Part shown: piece by piece, positions 38,938 through 39,764 of the stretch | How the letters are laid out: each line of letters opens with the position of its first letter | How positions within the stretch are numbered: the first letter of the stretch is position 1 | The notes under the pieces: generated by a model | Databases searched by the model: none | Told to the model about the DNA's origin: nothing | Seen by the model: only the letters and a program-made list of their open reading frames with translations | DNA from: Candidatus Aenigmatarchaeota archaeon | GTDB lineage: Archaea > EX4484-52 | Direction of reading: 5' to 3' | DNA length: 39,764 nucleotides | Assembly (NCBI GenBank): GCA_023137195.1 | Contig: JAGLPV010000008.1 | Coordinates: 1 to 39,764 of the forward strand | Made by a program: the position numbers and the translations under genes

Positions 38938-39038
38938 ATGTAAGTGGAATGTAACTGAAACGGCATTTTTTTTGGAAAAATGCGAACTTTAGGCTTTATG
39001 GGCTATTTAGGATTAATTTTGATGTAAGTGGAATGTAA
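38938..39038 (+). repeat. 17-bp perfect direct repeat pair
   Basis: ATGTAAGTGGAATGTAA at 38938-38954 and 39022-39038. Confidence 0.8.
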
Positions 39039-39088
39039 TTTTGAGAACCAATAGTTAGTTTTTTATATTACCAAAACAACCAGATAAC

Positions 39089-39352
39089 ATGCCAAAAGAA
39101 ACATCTATACGAAAAAGAAAAAATTTATTTGTTGGAGTTGGAATGAAAATAGACTTTACAATTGAAAATTATAATAAATATAATAAAATCCTAAGAAATT
39201 ATGCAAAAAGTAATAAGTGGGAATTAGAAAAAGAAAAGGTGGGCAATGAAGGATATTCTACATTAATTAGCTTAAAATCTGGTTTGTCAGCAGAAGAAGT
39301 ATTGAAATTTATAAATAAAATAGAATCCCTATTGGCTGAAATACAAAAATGA
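39089..39352 (+). CDS. Hypothetical protein
   Basis: 87-aa ORF with ATG start and plausible composition; no recognised motif. Confidence 0.55.
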   Translation: MPKETSIRKRKNLFVGVGMKIDFTIENYNKYNKILRNYAKSNKWELEKEKVGNEGYSTLISLKSGLSAEEVLKFINKIESLLAEIQK

Positions 39353-39367
39353 CTCGGAGAGGGGCAA

Positions 39368-39646
39368 TTGGTTTACACAGATGAATATACGAATATTAAG
39401 TATTATGATATTAATGGAAATGAAGAAAATCTTTTACTGGGCATACCTCGTTTTTCTGAAATGATGGTGATAAATATTATGTCTAAGAATGCACTTGAAT
39501 TGCATAATAAAGATTCTGAAATTGCGTCTAAAATATTTGGAGATTATGTGATTGATGAAAATATACTTTTGAATGTTCGAACTGATATGGGAAATACGGG
39601 AGTAAATATTTTTTCAAAAATCAAAAGTTTATTTATGAAAAAATAA
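39368..39646 (+). CDS. Hypothetical protein
   Basis: 92-aa ORF with TTG start preceded by a GGAGAGGGG purine run; no recognised motif. Confidence 0.5.
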   Translation: MVYTDEYTNIKYYDINGNEENLLLGIPRFSEMMVINIMSKNALELHNKDSEIASKIFGDYVIDENILLNVRTDMGNTGVNIFSKIKSLFMKK

Positions 39647-39742
39647 TTCTCTGCTAAGCCGATTATCTCTTCGAAAGATAAGAACTCCCATATAAATTAG
39701 AAAAATTTGGGCGAAGCATTTTATCCTTGGTTATGCGAAATT

Positions 39743-39764
39743 TTAACTTGAGAATTCCCCACAG
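39743..39764 (+). repeat. Truncated repeat at window end, matching the copy at 18.8 kb
   Basis: TTAACTTGAGAATTCCCCACAG; the window stops inside the repeat. Confidence 0.7.

Noticed and set aside
38938-39038. CRISPR array
   Set aside because: Only two 17-bp repeats with a 67-bp gap and no cas genes; no CRISPR array was seen anywhere in the window.
39647-39740. Fourth attC-like site ending GTTATGC near 39730
   Set aside because: No matching AAC box or paired arms could be found by eye.

Overview
AT-rich archaeal chromosomal segment. The archaeal call rests on archaeosine TGT, Elp3, pyruvoyl arginine decarboxylase, class III signal-peptide proteins, a single-domain KaiC, TATA-type promoters, and 5S rRNA and tRNA-Ala lying outside any rrn operon. 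A DPANN-type lineage is inferred, not proven. About 37 CDS are present: M16 peptidase, pdaD, a membrane protein plus two geranylgeranyl-reductase paralogues, a KaiC-roadblock-FIST operon, glycogen debranching enzyme and GapN, pilin-like genes, thiE-thiL-thiM, bacterial-type groES-groEL, KamA, Elp3, Kef antiporter, PHP, ogt, argS, tgtA, CNNM, a long fused guaA, a DUF2769-rubredoxin-glutamate synthase operon and a Schlafen/AlbA_2 protein. RNA genes are 5S rRNA, RNase P RNA, tRNA-Asp(GUC), tRNA-Arg(GCG) and tRNA-Ala(UGC). Two non-coding signals stand out. (1) At 35.6-37.3 kb, three attC-like hairpins separate single orphan genes, each also framed by its own perfect inverted repeat, with no integrase in the window. 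(2) A two-hairpin element occurs in two copies (before thiL and 4 nt before tRNA-Arg) with a compensatory base change and a 79-nt structured insert in one copy. Several other short dispersed repeats suggest decayed MITEs. All calls were made by eye; no database searches were run.
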